From the NCBI GenBank assembly GCA_049472355.1, contig JBLIRP010000048.1, forward strand, positions 1 to 29,492: 29,492 bases of DNA, in the 5' to 3' direction. The notes below the pieces were generated by a model. The model was not told where the DNA came from and did no database searches. It worked only from the letters and a program-made list of their open reading frames with translations. A program made the position numbers and the translations under genes. The number at the start of each line of letters is the position of its first letter. Positions within the stretch are counted from its first letter, which is position 1. The DNA is from a bacterium. Its GTDB lineage: Bacteria; SZUA-182; DTGQ01; JAFGSM01. This document shows, in pieces, positions 28,312-29,492 of this stretch.

Positions 28312-29106
28312 ATGCTCGCACGCAACCTGCACCATGCAATGCCTTACAGTATAGTCACCACCGTTCTCATGACACTGTTGCTTACCGTGACCGCACCGGG
28401 AACCGGAACGGCCCAATTTTTTGGTTTTTCAAACTCTTTTTATCCTCAATCCTACTTAAGCCCGTTCCAAAGCTCGTTCCAGAGCTCGTTCCAGAGCCCA
28501 TTCCAGAGCCAATGGCAAAGCCCGTGGCAAAGCTCGTGGCAAAGTCCTTTCCAGAGTCAATGGCAGAGCCCGTTCCAGAGTCAATGGCAAAGCCCATGGC
28601 AAAGCTCGTGGCAGACTTCGTGGCAGAGCCCATTTCAGAGCCCATGGCAGAGTTCATGGCAGAGCCAGTGGCAAAGCCCGTTTCAGAGCCCATGGCAAAG
28701 TCCCTATCAGAACCCTTACCAGAATCCATACCAGAATCCATACCAGAATCCCTGGCAACAGCAGCTTCAATATCAGGATGCGGATGTGGACCTGGACTCG
28801 GGTGACGACGAAACAACAATCACTGTTGATGAGGGTGACACCATCAGCATCGTGCTCGAGTCGAACGTAACCACAGGGTATCAATGGGTGCTCGATACCG
28901 GCGAACTCAATACCGATGTGGTTTCCAAAACGAGCAATCAGTACTTCCCCGGAAACACCACAGGCTTCATAGTAGGGGCAGGCGGGTTTGAGCAATGGAT
29001 CTTCGAGGCCGAGGGTGCCGACACCACTACAATTAAGCTTGATTACAAACGAACCTGGGAAACGACCGTGCAGGATACCTTCGAGGTAACGGTCATCGTT
29101 AAATAG
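28312..29106 (+). CDS. Secreted protein: Gln/Ser/Pro/aromatic tetrapeptide repeats plus a C-terminal chagasin-family (I42) cysteine protease inhibitor domain
   Basis: GGAGG RBS before ATG 28312 and a signal peptide ending GTA|Q. I42 loop motifs LESNVTTGYQW, VGAGG and YKRTWE. Confidence 0.88.
   Translation: MLARNLHHAMPYSIVTTVLMTLLLTVTAPGTGTAQFFGFSNSFYPQSYLSPFQSSFQSSFQSPFQSQWQSPWQSSWQSPFQSQWQSPFQSQWQSPWQSSWQTSWQSPFQSPWQSSWQSQWQSPFQSPWQSPYQNPYQNPYQNPYQNPWQQQLQYQDADVDLDSGDDETTITVDEGDTISIVLESNVTTGYQWVLDTGELNTDVVSKTSNQYFPGNTTGFIVGAGGFEQWIFEAEGADTTTIKLDYKRTWETTVQDTFEVTVIVK
28468..28755 (+). repeat. 24 x 12-bp coding tandem repeat, Q-[S/T/N]-[P/S/Q]-[F/W/Y]
   Basis: QSSF QSSF QSPF QSQW QSPW ... QNPY QNPY QNPY QNPW, uninterrupted over 288 nt. 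Confidence 0.95.
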
Positions 29107-29132
29107 ACCGCCGGCAAACCCTGGGGAATTAT

Positions 29133-29175
29133 AAAGAGGGAACGCACCGGACATCCGGTGCGTTCCCTCTTTTAT
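29133..29175 (+). terminator. Strong intrinsic terminator
   Basis: Perfect 18-bp stem AAAGAGGGAACGCACCGG-acat-CCGGTGCGTTCCCTCTTT, 27 nt after the stop codon. Confidence 0.85.
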
Positions 29176-29194
29176 TATGTATAACCATCAAAAT

Positions 29195-29243
29195 GGACAT
29201 TTCTATTTTGGTAAAAATAGGACATTTCTATTTTGGCTTGACA
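29195..29243. mobile_element. Solo terminal remnant resembling an IS1202/ISNCY-family IS end
   Basis: GGACATTTCTATTTTGG twice with a 25-bp period, ending ...CTTGACA (TGT terminus on the minus strand). No transposase in the window. Confidence 0.55.
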
Positions 29244-29259
29244 GCGGCTCACCCACTCC

Positions 29260-29288
29260 TTGACAAATAGGCAAGAAAATTATACTAT
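29260..29288 (+). promoter_or_regulatory. Sigma70-type promoter
   Basis: TTGACA(29260-29265)-N17-TACTAT(29283-29288). Confidence 0.6.
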
Positions 29289-29479
29289 ATAAATAAAAAT
29301 AAAGGTATATATAATCATTTCTTCATTATCGGCACTTTCTCTTCTTCACCTGAAAAAAAGGGGGGGTTAGGTGTGGGAAGCGAGCGCTTCAAACCTTTCA
29401 TTGCATTACATCATTTCAGCAGATCTGAGCCCCGGTCTTTATAACCACGTCCTATTGCATCCCTCCGGGAGGTAATCCT

Positions 29480-29492
29480 ATGAATGGGTGTA
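29480..29492 (+). CDS. Start of a CDS running off the window (MNGC...)
   Basis: GGAGG at 29468-29472 followed by ATG at 29480. Confidence 0.5.

Noticed and set aside
28468..28755. Possible CRISPR array or non-coding VNTR
   Set aside because: The 12-bp in-frame units have no unique spacers and vary at synonymous positions, so this is a coding repeat. The repeat ORFs in other frames are by-products.
29157..29185. dif/Xer-like site (GGTGCG...TTATGTATAA) beside the IS-like end
   Set aside because: The left arm is part of the terminator stem, the match is poor, and the spacing is 7 rather than 6 bp.
11957..29243. TGTCAAGCCA at 11957 and its inverse at 29234-29243 as ends of a 17-kb transposon carrying the cytochrome
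   Set aside because: Only 10 bp match, the left copy lacks the internal GGACATTTCT repeats, and there is no target duplication or transposase.
29295..29479. Long 5' leader as a possible riboswitch
   Set aside because: Only a short GAAGCG/CGCTTC hairpin is visible, with no aptamer consensus I can recognise. An Rfam scan is needed.

Overview
GC-rich chromosomal window from a diderm, probably anaerobic bacterium (it encodes a TolC). There is no rRNA, tRNA, CRISPR array or intact transposase. Housekeeping-type genes are plsC, the UPF0210/ACT pair, aroK and an MFP-RND-TolC efflux operon. Three things stand out. (1) A stand-alone 3257-aa secreted multiheme cytochrome c has 60 CxxCH motifs by manual count, plus one CxxxxCH and one CxCH. 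It is built from triplicated 9-heme and 5-heme modules and interrupted by Ig-like, Tyr/Pro-rich, Big_2 and MopE-like domains. (2) Several secreted or probably secreted proteins carry aromatic-spaced low-complexity tracts (GGLY repeats, 24 QSP[WFY]-type tetrapeptides, Pro/Ala/Val runs), suggesting a self-assembling extracellular matrix. (3) A four-gene operon encodes two alkaline-phosphatase-superfamily paralogs predicted on opposite sides of the membrane, a small 'RLEGLGY'-tailed protein and a DUF106/EMC3-like membrane protein. Smaller items are several near-consensus sigma70 promoters, phased repeats upstream of the cytochrome, a candidate sRNA, a chimeric gene remnant and a solo IS1202/ISNCY-like end. 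All family calls come from recognising motifs by eye; no searches were run.
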